Source: Camelus ferus (Eukaryota). From it: 64,000 bases of DNA. Positions within the stretch are counted from its first letter, which is position 1. Each line of letters opens with the position of its first letter. The DNA is taken from the NCBI RefSeq assembly GCF_009834535.1, contig NC_045696.1, positions 15,626,001-15,690,000 on the forward strand, written 5' to 3'. This document shows positions 12,894 to 26,043 of this stretch, one piece after another. The notes beneath the pieces were generated by a model. The model searched no databases. It saw only the letters and a list, made by a program, of their open reading frames with translations, and had not been told where the DNA came from. Position numbers and translations under genes: made by a program.

Positions 12894-13895
12894 TGTTACC
12901 GAATCCAAACTCGTTCTGCTCACCGTGCGACAGGCCAATAAATCCGGAGACAAGGTGTTGGGACAAAGAATAACAACTTTTTCAGAAAGCCAGCAGACCA
13001 AGAAGATGAGGGACTAATGTCCTTAGAGAGTCATCTTCCCCAAGTCAGAATTCAGGCTCCTTTTGTCGGGAGAGAGTGTGCTCTTACTCATGCAGGGAAG
13101 AATTCAAGAGCAAAGTACGGTAAAGTGCAAGTACGTGTATTTAGAGAGACACACTCCATGCACAGAGTGAGATCTGTCTCTCTCAGAAGGGAAAATGGCT
13201 TAGGAGCCACACACTCCATAGGCAGAATGCGGGCCATCTCAGAAGGTGAGCATGACAGAGCGACCCCGAGGTGCGGAGTTGTTAGGTTTTATGGGCTCAG
13301 TAATTCCATATGGTAATGGGCAGGAGGATTATTCCAACTACCTTTGGGAAGGGGCGAGGATTTCCAGGAAATGCCCCCCGCCCACTTTTTGACCTTTTAT
13401 GGTCAGCCTAGGAACTGTCATGGTGCCTGTGGCTGTGCCATGAGGCTCAAGGTCTACTGGAAGTCGGATCTTCTGCCATCTCAGTTCTACCCAGTGTGTC
13501 CTGTCCTCAATGGCTGTGCCCTGCCCCCTTTCCTCCCCCTTCACTTTTATACTAAAAAGGGAGGGGGTGTGGTTAGTTGTTGCAAACTTCTTGGTGCCAG
13601 GATCTTTTGTTCTTGCAGCTGTCCACATAGGTCAGGTCATGATGTTCCTATAAATCTCCAACACGACAAATGTTATTCTCTGTTATGCAACTTTTTATTT
13701 CTATATGAATGGGAAAGTGTGACACCCTTAGAAGTCAGAGCTTTGAGAATAGGTTATTCTCTATATTTCAGGCTATAGGCAGCATTCTTTTACAAAAGGT
13801 GCAGAACCAGCATGACTAAGCACAGGAAACAGAGCACAGGGTTAGCGCTAAAGGAACAGATCTAACATGGAGTCAGATTTGTTCTTTCCTATACA
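12894..13895 (-). mobile_element. ERV1-class solo LTR (outer element), split by a second LTR
   Basis: Termini are TGTTACCGAATCC and CCTATACA. Removing 13064-13547 rejoins CAGGCTCCTTTTATACTAAAAAGGGAGGGGG, which includes a minus-strand TATAAAA box. Its own TSD is not resolved. Confidence 0.75.
13064..13543 (-). mobile_element. ERV1-class solo LTR (inner element)
   Basis: TG...CA termini, 480 bp long, with a 4-bp TSD CTTT at 13060-13063 and 13544-13547. Confidence 0.75.
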
Positions 13896-15519
13896 ATGTA
13901 TTTGAGACTTCGAAGTGGAGAAGTCAGAAAGGATTGATATGAGAAAGCTAGGTAGAGAGAAGATAGTAAGTGACAGACACAAATTCAGGACAGCATCAAG
14001 ACCTTCGTAAGAGAGGAATGGAGTGGGACTGGGAGGTAAACAGAGGGTTTGTCTCTGCTGAATTATTTACTTTAAAAGGCTATGAAGCAAATTTTTCAAA
14101 ATGTTAAGATTTGACAAAATTGAATGGGAACCATAATGAGTGTCAATTATATTATACTCTATATTTTTTTCTTCTTGCTTAAAGTATGTACTACTAGCTA
14201 CAAAGAAAGATCAAATGAGACAAAAGAGTATAGACAGTGGGCATGGACAATTCTTCAGTTGTGTTTGTCTATAAGGAGTGGAGAGAATTTACATCAGGAA
14301 GATAGACATCAAGGAAAGGTTTGTTTTCAGTTTAGTTTTGGTTTTTAATATTGATGATACTCAAGGGTATTTCTCTGTGGAAGAAAATTATCCTGCAGAG
14401 AGGGAGAGTTTAAGGATGCATGATTAAGACATGATAATGCAAGGGTGAATTCTTGAGGAAGCAAGAGGAGATGGACCCACGGCACACGTGAAGGAGTGAG
14501 ACAGTGTTAATTAACCTGGGGGGGGCGGGGCTCAGTAATAATTACTTAGCTATATAAAGATATCTTTGTGATTCAGGTCAGAAACATAAGAGTCAAAGTT
14601 CATTGTTTTAATATAAAATGGAAATGTGAGAACTGTTTTCATATACCAAAACCAGATCTCACTTTAAATGATTTTCACTAGGACATGAAATTTGGGGAGT
14701 ACAGGTTTAGGTACTGATTTCTTTCTTTTGCAAAACCAGCTTTAAGTAGATAAATTTCATTATGTTGTTGGTTTAGCTACCCTGAAGGTACAGGCCTGAG
14801 TAGTTAGAATTTCATTACTGTAAAATGTCAGTGTACACAGGGTAATAGAAGATGAGACCCAAAAAGCCTTCTAAGTAATTTCCTGCTTTGTTTCTCAACC
14901 CCCAGCTCCGCAAAAGACATACCACCATGTCTCTGTGAAAATTAAATTAAAGCACAGTCCGACAACGTAAGATGGTCTGTGGGTTGGCAAAAGACATCAT
15001 CGTGCTCTGATTTCCCTGTAATTCCACTGGATGATCTTTCTCCTTGGAGATATTCAATAATTGCAATCCCATTGTTCCTTAAATAGGAGTCCATTCTCCC
15101 TGAGTAATCAGAGTTTTATTATCTTGCACGTGGATCAGTTCTCCAATTTCATTTACTCTTAAGATGTGTTGCCTCACAATCCCACCATTTCACAGCTCAT
15201 GTGCACCTTTGCAAGAAACAAACATGTTGGAATTGAGCAGAAAAGGGAAGTACAGCCAAATCCTTTTCCATCAGAATCAATGTCACTGTAAGTTAGATTT
15301 GTTGAGGAAAGTTTAGTGTGGATGGGGTTGAAAGGTCTTAGTAAGATGATGTCATTCCTGTTTCTGCTTGTCTACTAATTGAATCGCCCTACTCCCCTCT
15401 CATTCAATATTGAAAAAGGAATTTCAAACAATAATAACCAATAACCAATAGATGATAGGGGCCAACCAGTAGATAAACGGTAGGGCCAGAAATGATATAA
15501 CATTTTTATACTATCCATG

Positions 15520-15846
15520 TGTGGTAGGAAAAATATTTGTCCCCAAAGATGTCTACGTCATAATGCCAAGACTTGTGAATATGCTACCTCAGACAGACAA
15601 AGGGACTTTGCAGATGTGAGTAAGGATCTTGAGATGGGAAAATTATCCTGGATGATCTGGGTGAGCCCAATGTAATCCCAAGGGTCTTTCGCAAGGAAAC
15701 TTCCCTTCCTAGAACCTCCAGCAGGAGCATAGCCCTATGACCCATTTTAGACTTCTGACCTCTGGAACTGTAAGATCATAAACTGGTGTTGCTTCAGCTA
15801 CATATTTGCAGTAATTTGCTAATAGCAGCAAGGGGAGACTAATAGA
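15520..15846 (+). mobile_element. MaLR solo LTR (MLT1D-like, internally deleted)
   Basis: TGTGGTAGG...CCCCAAAGATGTC...AAGGGACTTTGCAGATGTGA...ATTATCCTGGAT...GACTTCTGACCTCTGGAACTGTAAGA. Confidence 0.85.
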
Positions 15847-18800
15847 ACATATCTAAGGATCTAACACAAGGCCTGCCACATAGCATGATTTTTTATTATT
15901 ATATCATCTAGTATTTTTCCTATTTCTACCTTGGCTTTGTTTTATGTATTTTGTTAACTTGCCATTGTGTGAAATTCTAGGCATTGTGTGAAGATAAACT
16001 TTCTATTTTCTTGGTATCATTTTCAGTTATGCAATCTGAGAAATAGAACAAAACAGAGAACTCTACGCTGCTTTGGAAATTACTAGAAACAGAAAGCAAT
16101 GATACTGCTTTGACAATTGTCCTTGTGTTGGAAGTGATAGTTTTCACTTACCAACTAAAAAGAAATGCTAAATGATTGTATCCGTTCTTGTAGAAAGCTC
16201 GGCTGCTAATCTGGTGGTATATCTGGAAGCTTATGGAGTATTGTTCTTCTCAAGGCGTGAGCTGACATGCTTATGACGTCCTCTGTCCTTTCCTTTTGAC
16301 TTCTAAAAAGGTCTGGATATAATAATAATTTTTTGTTTGTTTGAAATAGAAGCTATCCCAGGCTTTATTTGATTATCTTCCTTCTGAAAAATGCTAACTT
16401 GGAAAAATTATAATATTGCATGTTTAACTGTCCCAGCTCATTCAGAACACAATACTTATCTTTTCTACAGAGTTTCTCTAAGTGTTTTCAATTTGAAGCA
16501 AATCCTTGGAGAGAAACTGAAACTAGTCCCTTAAGAGAAAAAATGGCCAGGCCGTCGCTCAGATATGGTTTCCGTAACCTACGCGCATCACTTCCCCGCT
16601 GATTTAAGCAACAGGGACTCCTGTTATCATATAAGATGACTTCTCCTCCCAGGGCAGAGTGTCCTGACTATCCTACATGACACTCAGCAAATACAAAAAG
16701 TGTGGGCTTTGGAAAATTCCTGGGAACCTTCTCCATTGATGATCAAGTTTACAGAGCAACCCCCAGAATAATCAAGCCAAATTTCACTCAGTTGTGTGGA
16801 GAGATGAACACTTCGAGCTGCTAAATGTCACATATGATAAACTTTTAGACAGTTTCCCAGAAAACGATCGCAAGCCATCCGAATGATGAATTGCCAGCTG
16901 CATTTATGTATCAGGCTGCTCTCTGCTTTCTCCCTATACAGATATACTGCTTATGTGGAGAAAAGAAAGCCTGCTTTCTGTGAATAGAAAACAAGGTACC
17001 CAATAAAATATTCATTATGTCAAACTTGCAGCCTTCGGTACATGCACTTTCTAGAATACCAAATATAATGAACGTTCCAATTAGAACTGAGTTTGGTTCT
17101 TTTTTTAATCTATTCATATTTTATATTACCTTGTGTGTACATGCTATATATAGCTGCCCTTTCCTCATGTAAACTTCAGCTGTCTTGGAAGAATTTTAAA
17201 ACTCCCTTTGCAAATTCTTATAGATTTTTAGTGTTAAATAAGTCCTTGCTGACATTTACAAGTGATACCATTTATAAAGGGTGCGCTGTGGTCTTCATGT
17301 TTATCCCCGATTCATTGCAATAAAAATGTGACGTTTAATGCTCTATTGATTATTGCTGTTGTAACAAGTGACACTTTTAATGAGGGATTTTCTTTTCTGG
17401 GCTTCATGCTGGCTAGACATTACACAGTAAACTGTATTCTGTGTTAAAAAAAAAAAAAACAATTTACTTGCTTCCGATGATAACCTTAAGGCAAGCTGCT
17501 TTCTTTAGTTTATGAAAAAGTCTAACATTAGTGCAAATAATATTGCTAATATTGAGATGTAAAATAGATTGTTTTTCTAATGACACCAATTTATGGTGGT
17601 GAAGACATTTCCTCCCTAGTGCTGAAATCATTAAAAGTTGATCGTTTACTTGGTGAATCTTTAAGTCAAAAGTTGACATGCATTCTCTATTTATATGCAG
17701 GTTATATTAGCTGTAGGGGTGGATATTTTGGGTTTAGTTTTAAATAACCCCGTGCAGCAGGGAATGAAGGAGAAAAGAAAAAGAAATTTTTAATGCTAAT
17801 TTACAGGTTTGGAAATTGGATTTGTGTCCTTTAATTGTAAGATTTTTTAGCCATTTTTTGCTAGGAGTTTGTTTATTATGATGATGGAAAGGTACTTATA
17901 AAATAAAAGCTTATTAGGCTTATGGTATTCATGTTTCATTAAATTTGAAATTGCCAAGAAACCACTAAAGTTGTATCCACATCCACAACAAATGTGACTC
18001 TGGTTGCCTAGTCACTCAAAAGAAATTGAGTCAAATAATCTTTTGAATGTTCACTCATTTTTATTTTATTTAATTGACTGGATCATCATAAAAATTCACG
18101 GATGGTTCTAAAATGTAAAGCAGCTTAGATGTGGCCTTCTTGACATCAGGGAATACTATTTGTTCCCCAAATCTTTACTATCCTGCACCTTAGACCTTAA
18201 ATACTATCATTCATTTATTTTCATTTTGATTTTTCAAATAATCATTCCCAGAAGAAAATGCACGCACAACTGTGAAGGCTGCCACATTAGGCCTTATCAG
18301 ATATTTATTCTTCAGCTAATGATTCATGATTCCCTTTCTCACTTGACAGCTTGCTGAGAGCAGCTTCCTGTAGAACAGGGGCTCTGGGGAGCAGCGAGGA
18401 GCCTTCAGCACAAGAGCTCTATCCACTGATGCCAACCATTAGAGGGATGCTCAGGGCTCTGCTTAGGCCAGCGGGAATGGACACTCATATCCATGAGCCA
18501 GTGGTATATGAATAGGTGTTTGGAAGAGTCAGAAAAAGATGAGGAAGGTGATCAAAGCATAAGGGGCAGAGGTCAGCATGAACACATCGCATCAGCAGGT
18601 CAGATGCACTTCAAGTACAGTCCCAGCATTGATGTCCTAATGGGACAGCTTAGTGTCACAAGCTAAGATGTCAGTCAAGAGGACAAAGTCATGATGTCAC
18701 AGATACAGGACAACGACTGCTTCAGAAGAAAAGAATTAATGATGTGGTTAGCCTGATGGCTGTCACGCTGCCCTTTCCGCCCACTCCCCCTAAGTCATCC

Positions 18801-19389
18801 AAACAAACCCAAGCTGAGTTAATAATGAACTGGCATCCATGACTCAGAGGCTCCAAGTCACAAAAAGGAATGTAGAAGTATCCTTAAGACTGTTTTTCAG
18901 GTTCTGATGTTAGAATTTACTCAATTTTCCTATTTAAATGCAGAGTTCCTGCATTGCTTATAAAAATGAACAATGTGAAAAACAGTTGCTTATAATCGCT
19001 GTTTTTTCAGGGAAATTGACAACCATTATATGTTCTTTGCCATCCTAGGCTTCTGAGGTGGTATGAATATATTTATATAATAGATATACATGTGAATTTA
19101 ACTCTAGAAGAGGACTGAAAAGACACATTTTCAGAAACCAAACCACGTCATGGAAAATTAAGTCTGTTCTATATCACGTTACTTACTGTCTGTAATAATC
19201 TGTAAAGAACATTACTAATTTTAAAAGCCAATTAAGATGCAGGTTCAAGCTGGGCATTGCCAACACTTTATTATAGTCCTGAAATAATGGGAACCAGTAT
19301 CCTACTAAACTGGCCTTCTACCAAGAGTTACTTCGCTAGGTAATATGTTAACTTGAATAGAGAAGAGAGTGGAGGGAAAGAAATGTCAC

Positions 19390-19570
19390 TGTAATTGATT
19401 ATTCACCTATTCAGTGCTTTTTTTTTTTTTTCACCACAACTTAACAAAATAGGAACGGTACTCCCATTTTACAGATGAGGAAATAGGTGCTTAGAAAGAT
19501 AAAAGAAGCTTCTCAAGTTCTGATAGTCCTGAATATAGCAGAGCCAGTTCACGCCTCTGACAAGATGATG
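19390..19570 (-). mobile_element. MIR SINE
   Basis: Reverse MIR core CCCATTTTACAGATGAGGAAATAGG. Confidence 0.7.
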
Positions 19571-20239
19571 CTATGGTGTTGAACTTTTGATTTTCAGTTG
19601 TCTAACAATGCATCATTTCACTACATGCCTCTGCACGTTCAAAGCTTTTCCTCAGAGATTGTAAGTGTTTCCAGGCAGCTGCCCCGAATGAAAGGCTTCC
19701 CAGAATGTGAACATTTTTTCAGAAGGCATTAAATAGGAGCTTTGAGGCATTATCCTCATATATATTTATGAGTAAAAATCATATAAGCCCAAGTAGATCA
19801 TGGGTGATTTTCCATAAAAATGTAGGGGAAAATACACTGCAATATGACCATCTGATTTTCCGTCTTAGATCATTCCTGCAAAGCTGCACATGAAGTAAGA
19901 AAGTGCAGATTTTAGACCAAAGCATCTTTCACATATGAGTTCAAAATACCCTGACTAAAAGCAAAAAGCCATTTTTGTTTCTAAGATAAATCCATTAAGT
20001 TATAGGCTAGTTTACAATCAATCAAATTCTCAATATCAGTATCAAACCTCTGCACTGATGATTTTATATCAGAATACAGTAACCCCAACTTTAGAGCACA
20101 ATCATCACTCAGTCACACGGTACTATTTCTTCCAGTGAAATGTATGTGGCCTTTGCTCCTGAAGATTCCATTATAACTCACTTTCAAGGATTTTGGGGGG
20201 GGGGCAGTTTTATCCCCCTCCAGGACCTGGAGCCCAGTT

Positions 20240-20772
20240 CTCTCTCACCTAGAATACTGTAAACACCAACTCTTGGTCTTTTTAGCAAAGGTGCATCTTA
20301 GGTATCTCCAACTTTCTCCCTACCCTAGTTCATTCTCCTGCTACAAAGTCACTTCCTGCTCAAAATCCCTCATTGGTTACTACCAATTTTCAGAAGTCCA
20401 AATTTCTTCCCTTGACACTGAAGCACTGGTCCCAGTTTGGCTGCAGTAAGCTTCTCCATTTCCCAGTTTGGCATCTGCTTACACACCTCCCTCCTTGGGT
20501 CATGTGTTTCCACTTCAGGACGCCTGCCTTTGTTTGTCTGCCTGTCTAAATCCCGTTCCTGAATTTAAATCCAGCATTGGGTTTGCTCCTCCAAGGTAGC
20601 ACATGTTGCATCAAGTAATTGTAATTTACCTTCACTGTAACTTTTCACATCATGAGTTCTCTAGTTTCTTGAAGTCAAAGACTGTGTATGAATTAGTCCT
20701 TCTGTTCTTAGCTCTTAGCATTGGTCTGAGACATGGTAGGTACTAGTAAATGTGAATGAATGGATGGATGGA
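20240..20772 (+). mobile_element. L2 LINE 3' end
   Basis: GTCACTTCCTGCTCAAAATCCCTCA, and the typical tail ACATGGTAGGTACTAGTAAATGTGAATGAATGGATGG. Confidence 0.7.
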
Positions 20773-22505
20773 GGTGATGAATTGGTATTAATCTGGACTC
20801 CCTTGTAACATACCCTTATGAAACAGCCAGCTGGTTTAGAGAGGCTGAGTTTATTTTTTGGTCCACCGCAACCCAGCACATAACATTAGGAAATAAAAGT
20901 ATTCCTTTCCTGTATTTTATTTCTCATTCACTATTCTTTATAATCCTATTTTTGAAGGCACAGTATATACCTTTATTGAATAAATAAGAAATAACAGACC
21001 CAGGAACTAAATACAGGCTGAGTCACGTGAAACGCCCCTCCCCAACTTTTGTGCTGCCTGGTTTTTGGTGGAGCAACACATTAAATGTAAACATTTCTGT
21101 TTTCTTCGCTTAATGGCAGAATTTGCCTCTGTAAATCCCTGTAGTTTCTGGCTGCACATGTCAGCTGTAAACCTTATTCAACAAGTAGTTTTCCACAACT
21201 AAAAGCTCACTGGCTAGTTTCTACCTCACAATCCATTAGGTCAAGCTTAGTTATTTCTACATTGGATCTTTTATTTCGTGTCTCTTTTAATTTTTCCCGT
21301 TTCTGTTGCCTTTATCCTTTCAGCTCCAGTTCTGAAAATGAAATGAATTACGTGATAAAAAGAAAGTATCTTTTTCCTCTACTGAGCAAATAAATTGAGA
21401 CGTAACTTACTCTGTGTGTGTGGGTGTGCGTGCGTGCATGTGTTTGTGGTGTGTAGGAAATCTTAATTTTCTAGAGCCATGTCAAAAGCTCATTTTAAAG
21501 TAATTTACTTATAACAACAAATGAATGCTTTGCTGTGGCTATCTGAGTGAAATACCTCATTGAAGGAAGGAGAGACTGGCAAGCCCCAGGAACATTAAGA
21601 CATCCTTTGCTGAGTGAAACATGATAGTTCTTTTAATCTATAATTCAATTACTCTCCTGTCTCAGCAAAACACTTGAGAAGGCTCCGAGACCCTTCTTTT
21701 AAGTGTACTTTGCCAGCATGGTCTAAAAGGCAGTGAAACACACTGGCAAACCATTGAGTGATGACTTCCTGTGATTGTTTCAGCAGTACACATACACAGA
21801 TATGGGGGAATCTGGGATAAACTGGTAAGATGCAATTAAATTTTCACAGGACTGTTCACTTCTGATTTGCTCAGCAAAGGAAAAGATTCTGAATTAACAT
21901 ACTTGCCTTAAAAAGAATAATTTATAATTTCCCATTTCACAGGAGAGGAGTATGAGATGATGGGGGAAAAACATGCAATTTCTGCTTAGAATGGCAATTT
22001 TAGAGTACATATAATGTAAATACCATAGGCGATTGTTGCCTGAGAAAGAACAAACTTGCCTATATGCGATTCTACAAGGCTTTCAATTTGCCCTTAATTT
22101 TATAAGCAAAATTACAATAGGAAATATGCCAAATTACTTAAGTGAGTAGTCTGAAATATTATGAATCATTAAACTGTAAGCGATTAAGCTAGAGAAATGA
22201 AAATAAAAGCCTTTAGCAAGAATCAAGTGAATTCCAAGGATCATAAATAAAAGGGGGGAAAAGGAATTTTAATTACAAAGTGTTAAGGCCATGTAAGTTT
22301 CCTTTAAAAAATTATTTTAGCTCTCTAGTTTCAAAAATAGAACTTGGCTTAACCCAAATTGATCTTGAGCTGGCCCTCTGAATTTGGATATTTTATACAA
22401 GATCAGATGGTGTTTGATAGCATTTTAAAATTACCAATTAGCTTTGAAGAAAGGAAGTTAGTTTGCATAGAGATGTAACTAAGTTTATAAATTGGTTTTC
22501 ACCCA

Positions 22506-22660
22506 AATATATTAATTTATATGCTTATATGCTTTTATATGCTTTATATTCTTTATATTTTTATTATATTATTTTATTATATTTATTTTATATTTATTTA
22601 TTTTATTATATTATCTTTATATTATATTTTTTATATTTATATGCTTTATATTCTTATTAC
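22506..22660. repeat. AT-rich low-complexity tract with recurring TTATATGC/TTTATAT units
   Basis: Read directly; it accounts for the Y/I/L/F-rich spurious ORFs here. Confidence 0.9.
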
Positions 22661-23354
22661 GCATAAGAAGCAATATTATAATACTAAGTATGTCACAAAC
22701 TTAAGGGTGTCTTCTGTATGCTTTCTCATTTTTACACAGATAAATTCATGCCATGTTAAAAAGTTAACTTATTAGCAAAACATTTTAGCAAAGCAGCTCA
22801 AAGAGCATAATGCTCTACCAAGTGGATTTTTCATCATTTCTTTTACAAGTTGTCCTAACTGTAAAATGAAACAAGTCATAATGCTCTTGAAGAAAAGAGA
22901 TTATTAACCCCAAGAGAATAGCCAAAGACTCTGAATCTGAAAAATATCCTGCTATGCTTGATCACAGAATTATTTTACTCTGATAGTGTCACTATTGAGA
23001 TATAGGTTATTAATTCTAAGATTATAACTGTTAAGAAATCAGGTGCCTATGAACAGTTATACTGCTATTCCAGATCTCTCTAACAATTTGTTCTTTTTAA
23101 TATTCAAAATGAAATTTTTAATGGTAAAGTTTGTAACTGGTCACAAAGTTGTTTATGTATGTTTCATCAACTGTAGTTTATGAAAGTGGCTCGTTATTAG
23201 GGAAGGTAATAAAAAAGTAGTTTTTACTTAATACAGCATTGTTTAGAGAACAAATAAGCAGGGAATTGGTTCTTTCTAAAAGAAAAAAATGTAAAGGCAT
23301 TATGGTAGAGAGAAATCTTTTAAGGTCAAACAGAGAATTATGCTGGGATAAAGA

Positions 23355-23424
23355 TGTTCTAAGCAACTAAATCCTTCTTTGTTTTAATCCTAGTTGTTCT
23401 AAGCAACTAAATCCTTCTTTGTTT
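23355..23424. repeat. 30-bp perfect direct repeat with a 10-bp spacer
   Basis: TGTTCTAAGCAACTAAATCCTTCTTTGTTT at 23355-23384 and 23395-23424. Confidence 0.95.
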
Positions 23425-24594
23425 CTTTTAGAATGGATGATATTGGGTCTTGAAGTTCCTAAGATCATTATAAGCATCTTCAGCTGTAGACAACAAAAAA
23501 CTAAACAAAAAAACTAAAAGTAGCTGGGTCCTAGAGCTATCCTAGAATCATCCAGAATTTTCGAGAAGCTCTCAGTGTTCCTGACCAGCCTTCTTACCTC
23601 TCCCTTTCTCACTGTTGTCCCAGCTTCTGTGATTATCAGGAGAATTTACTATGATTCAAAGGCTCTTAGTACATCCAGGGGTCCCTACGTAGCATAATTT
23701 ACTCTGTTGCAAGCCTGACTTTAAACAAAAAAATTTTTGTGGCTTATTTTATAAGTGAGTCCTGTCCCAGACTTCTCCATTCTCTTCACAAATCTTTTTC
23801 TACACCTTCCCTCATCCATTAGCAAAACTGTTCGTACGCTATGATAAACTAGAAAAACATATTTTTTTCTGATACTCCATGCTATAGAACCCTGTTAATT
23901 ATTTTTTGATGCAGACATTCTGCACTCTAATTTTAAGCCCAAATAATTCTTCAAGGATTTTATATTAGTTCAATTTTGTTCGTAAGCTTAGGAAAATTAG
24001 ATTTGTATTTTAGGAGAACAAAACAATGCAGATAAGAAAATTACGGATATGATGGCTTAAAACAATCCACTGGGGATAAAAGAATAAACAAATTTTATTA
24101 CATAAAAGTAGTTTCAAGTAGATTCTTGTTTTGGGGTGACACAGAGAAGGAAATGGGATTATAGCTTCAATACTTTTATTTTAGACATAATTCAATCAAC
24201 TTCCCACGATGTTAATATTATTCCTCCAACATGCTTAATGTTCATTTACTCCTAATTAAACCTCTTCCTTTTATTTACCCTTAAGCTGCTCACCCACTAG
24301 TTACAACAATCTACTTCCAAAAGCATCCCTCCCTCGGGAGGACACAGGCAAGAGCCCCCCTGCCTTGTATCATGTGGCAACACTTGTAGCACTGCTTGTG
24401 ACGACTCCCTGATAATCCCTGGAGTTTAGTGTAAGGCATTTCTTTAAGTTATGCACAAGACATTTCTTTGTTATGTTTGTAATTATCTCATCTTGGTTAG
24501 TGTGGAAGGGAAACAAGCATTAATTGCATGCATACTCTATGAATTTGACAAAATAGCCAAAGTGGTAAGCTCAGGTTGGTCACAGTTCATCTCA

Positions 24595-25059
24595 AAAGCA
24601 ATAACGCCATTTGCAGCAACATGGATGGACCTGGAGATCATCATTCTAAGTGAAGCAAACCAGAAAGAGAAAGAAAAATACCATACAATATCACTCATAT
24701 GTGGAATCTAAAAACAAACAAACAAAAAGACACAAATGAACTTATTTACAAAACAGAAACAGACTCACAAACATAGAAAACAATCTTATGGTTACCAAAG
24801 GGGGAAGAGGGTGGGAAGGGATAAATTGAGAGTTTGAAATTTACAGATACTAACTACTATATATAAAACAGATAAACAAGTGTCTTCTGTATAGCACAGG
24901 GAACTATATTCATTATCTTGCAGTAACCTATAATGAAAAAGAAAATGAAAGCAAATATACTATGTATGTACACGTATGACTGAAACATTATGCTGTACAT
25001 CAGAAATTGACACAACATTGTAAAGTGACTATACTTCAATAAAACAAAAATTAAAAAAA
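24595..25059 (+). mobile_element. 5'-truncated L1: ORF2 C-terminal tip, 3' UTR and A-tail
   Basis: Translates to PFAATWMDLEIIILSEANQKEKEKYHTISLICGI*. The 3' UTR resembles those at 58031-58345 and 58905-59230. AATAAA precedes an A-rich tail. Confidence 0.92.
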
Positions 25060-25129
25060 CTTAAGGTATTTCAATTCCTAGTGTTATTTTACTTTCATAT
25101 TCTACCAAAATAAAACCCATTGAGAACAG

Positions 25130-25134
25130 ACACA

Positions 25135-25166
<32 letters not shown>
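25130..25166. repeat. (CA)n microsatellite
   Basis: Read directly. Confidence 0.95.
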
Positions 25167-25169
<3 letters not shown>

Positions 25170-26043
25170 TCTTACGAATAAAAAGGACAATGAGGAAAAA
25201 GAACTCGCTTTAAGACTGGTGAAGAGCACATCCTACTTCTCATTAAGAGCTCGAAGTCTGCATCAAAAAGAGGCCTGAGATATAGGCACAGCGTGAGGCT
25301 CCATCAGTCTGCAGAACCATATTGTTCTGTCCAGGTGATACCCTGAGACTCAATTCTATTCTTTTAGCTGGAGTATTTGGCAGAAACCAAATCCAACCTC
25401 ACCACAGTCTTAAGTGAGCTAATACCATTTTTCGCCAGTCATGTTTTCTTTGATGGAGACCCCACAAATCGTGAGAATGCTCTGGAATGAAGATTCGGCA
25501 ATGTAAATATGAGCAGAATGTGTATCTAGCACCGTTGATTCTTACTTTGTTCACTTTGCAAGGTAAATCAGCTCTTTTTTTCATTTCTTAAAAATTTGTT
25601 TTTGAGGATTCAGATTTCTCTATCTATGAGCATGGATTTGAAAGGACTGGGTAAAGCCTTCCTACCCAGTCCTGACTACTTCATACATATACAAGCCACC
25701 TCACAGCAGGTCCACATCTGACCTTTAAGACTGAGGGCCCCATGATCCCCTTGCCACTATGGGTAATGAATTTTGTCCTTTTACATTCTTAGGAAGCCAT
25801 TCTTTCTGGGTGAGCGCCTGCATTGGAGGGCTTAACATCCCAGTCATGCTGAATTGACTGCTAAGGTGTGGTCGGAGTCCCAGGCTCTGTCATGGGCTCA
25901 CTACACCTAACTACTACAAAGAAGCGATTTAAATCAGCTTGAGAAATTGTGTGCATCAAACCCCATTCCAAGGCTACCTCAAGCCCACCATCTTGCCAGG
26001 ATATTGACCACACTCATTAGTGCATTAAGGCTTTTAGACATTA

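Noticed and set aside
13017..13778. ORFs of 96-144 aa
   Set aside because: They lie within LTR sequence, cross the nested junctions and show no gag/pol/env motifs.
16146..16170. Minus-strand TTTCTTTTTAG|TTG|GTAAGT, a possible 3-nt microexon or the donor of a 151-nt exon
   Set aside because: The longer exon is closed in all three frames, and such juxtapositions arise by chance in AT-rich DNA; there is no supporting evidence.
23355..23424. CRISPR-like repeat-spacer-repeat
   Set aside because: Only two copies, a 10-bp spacer, mammalian context and no cas genes.
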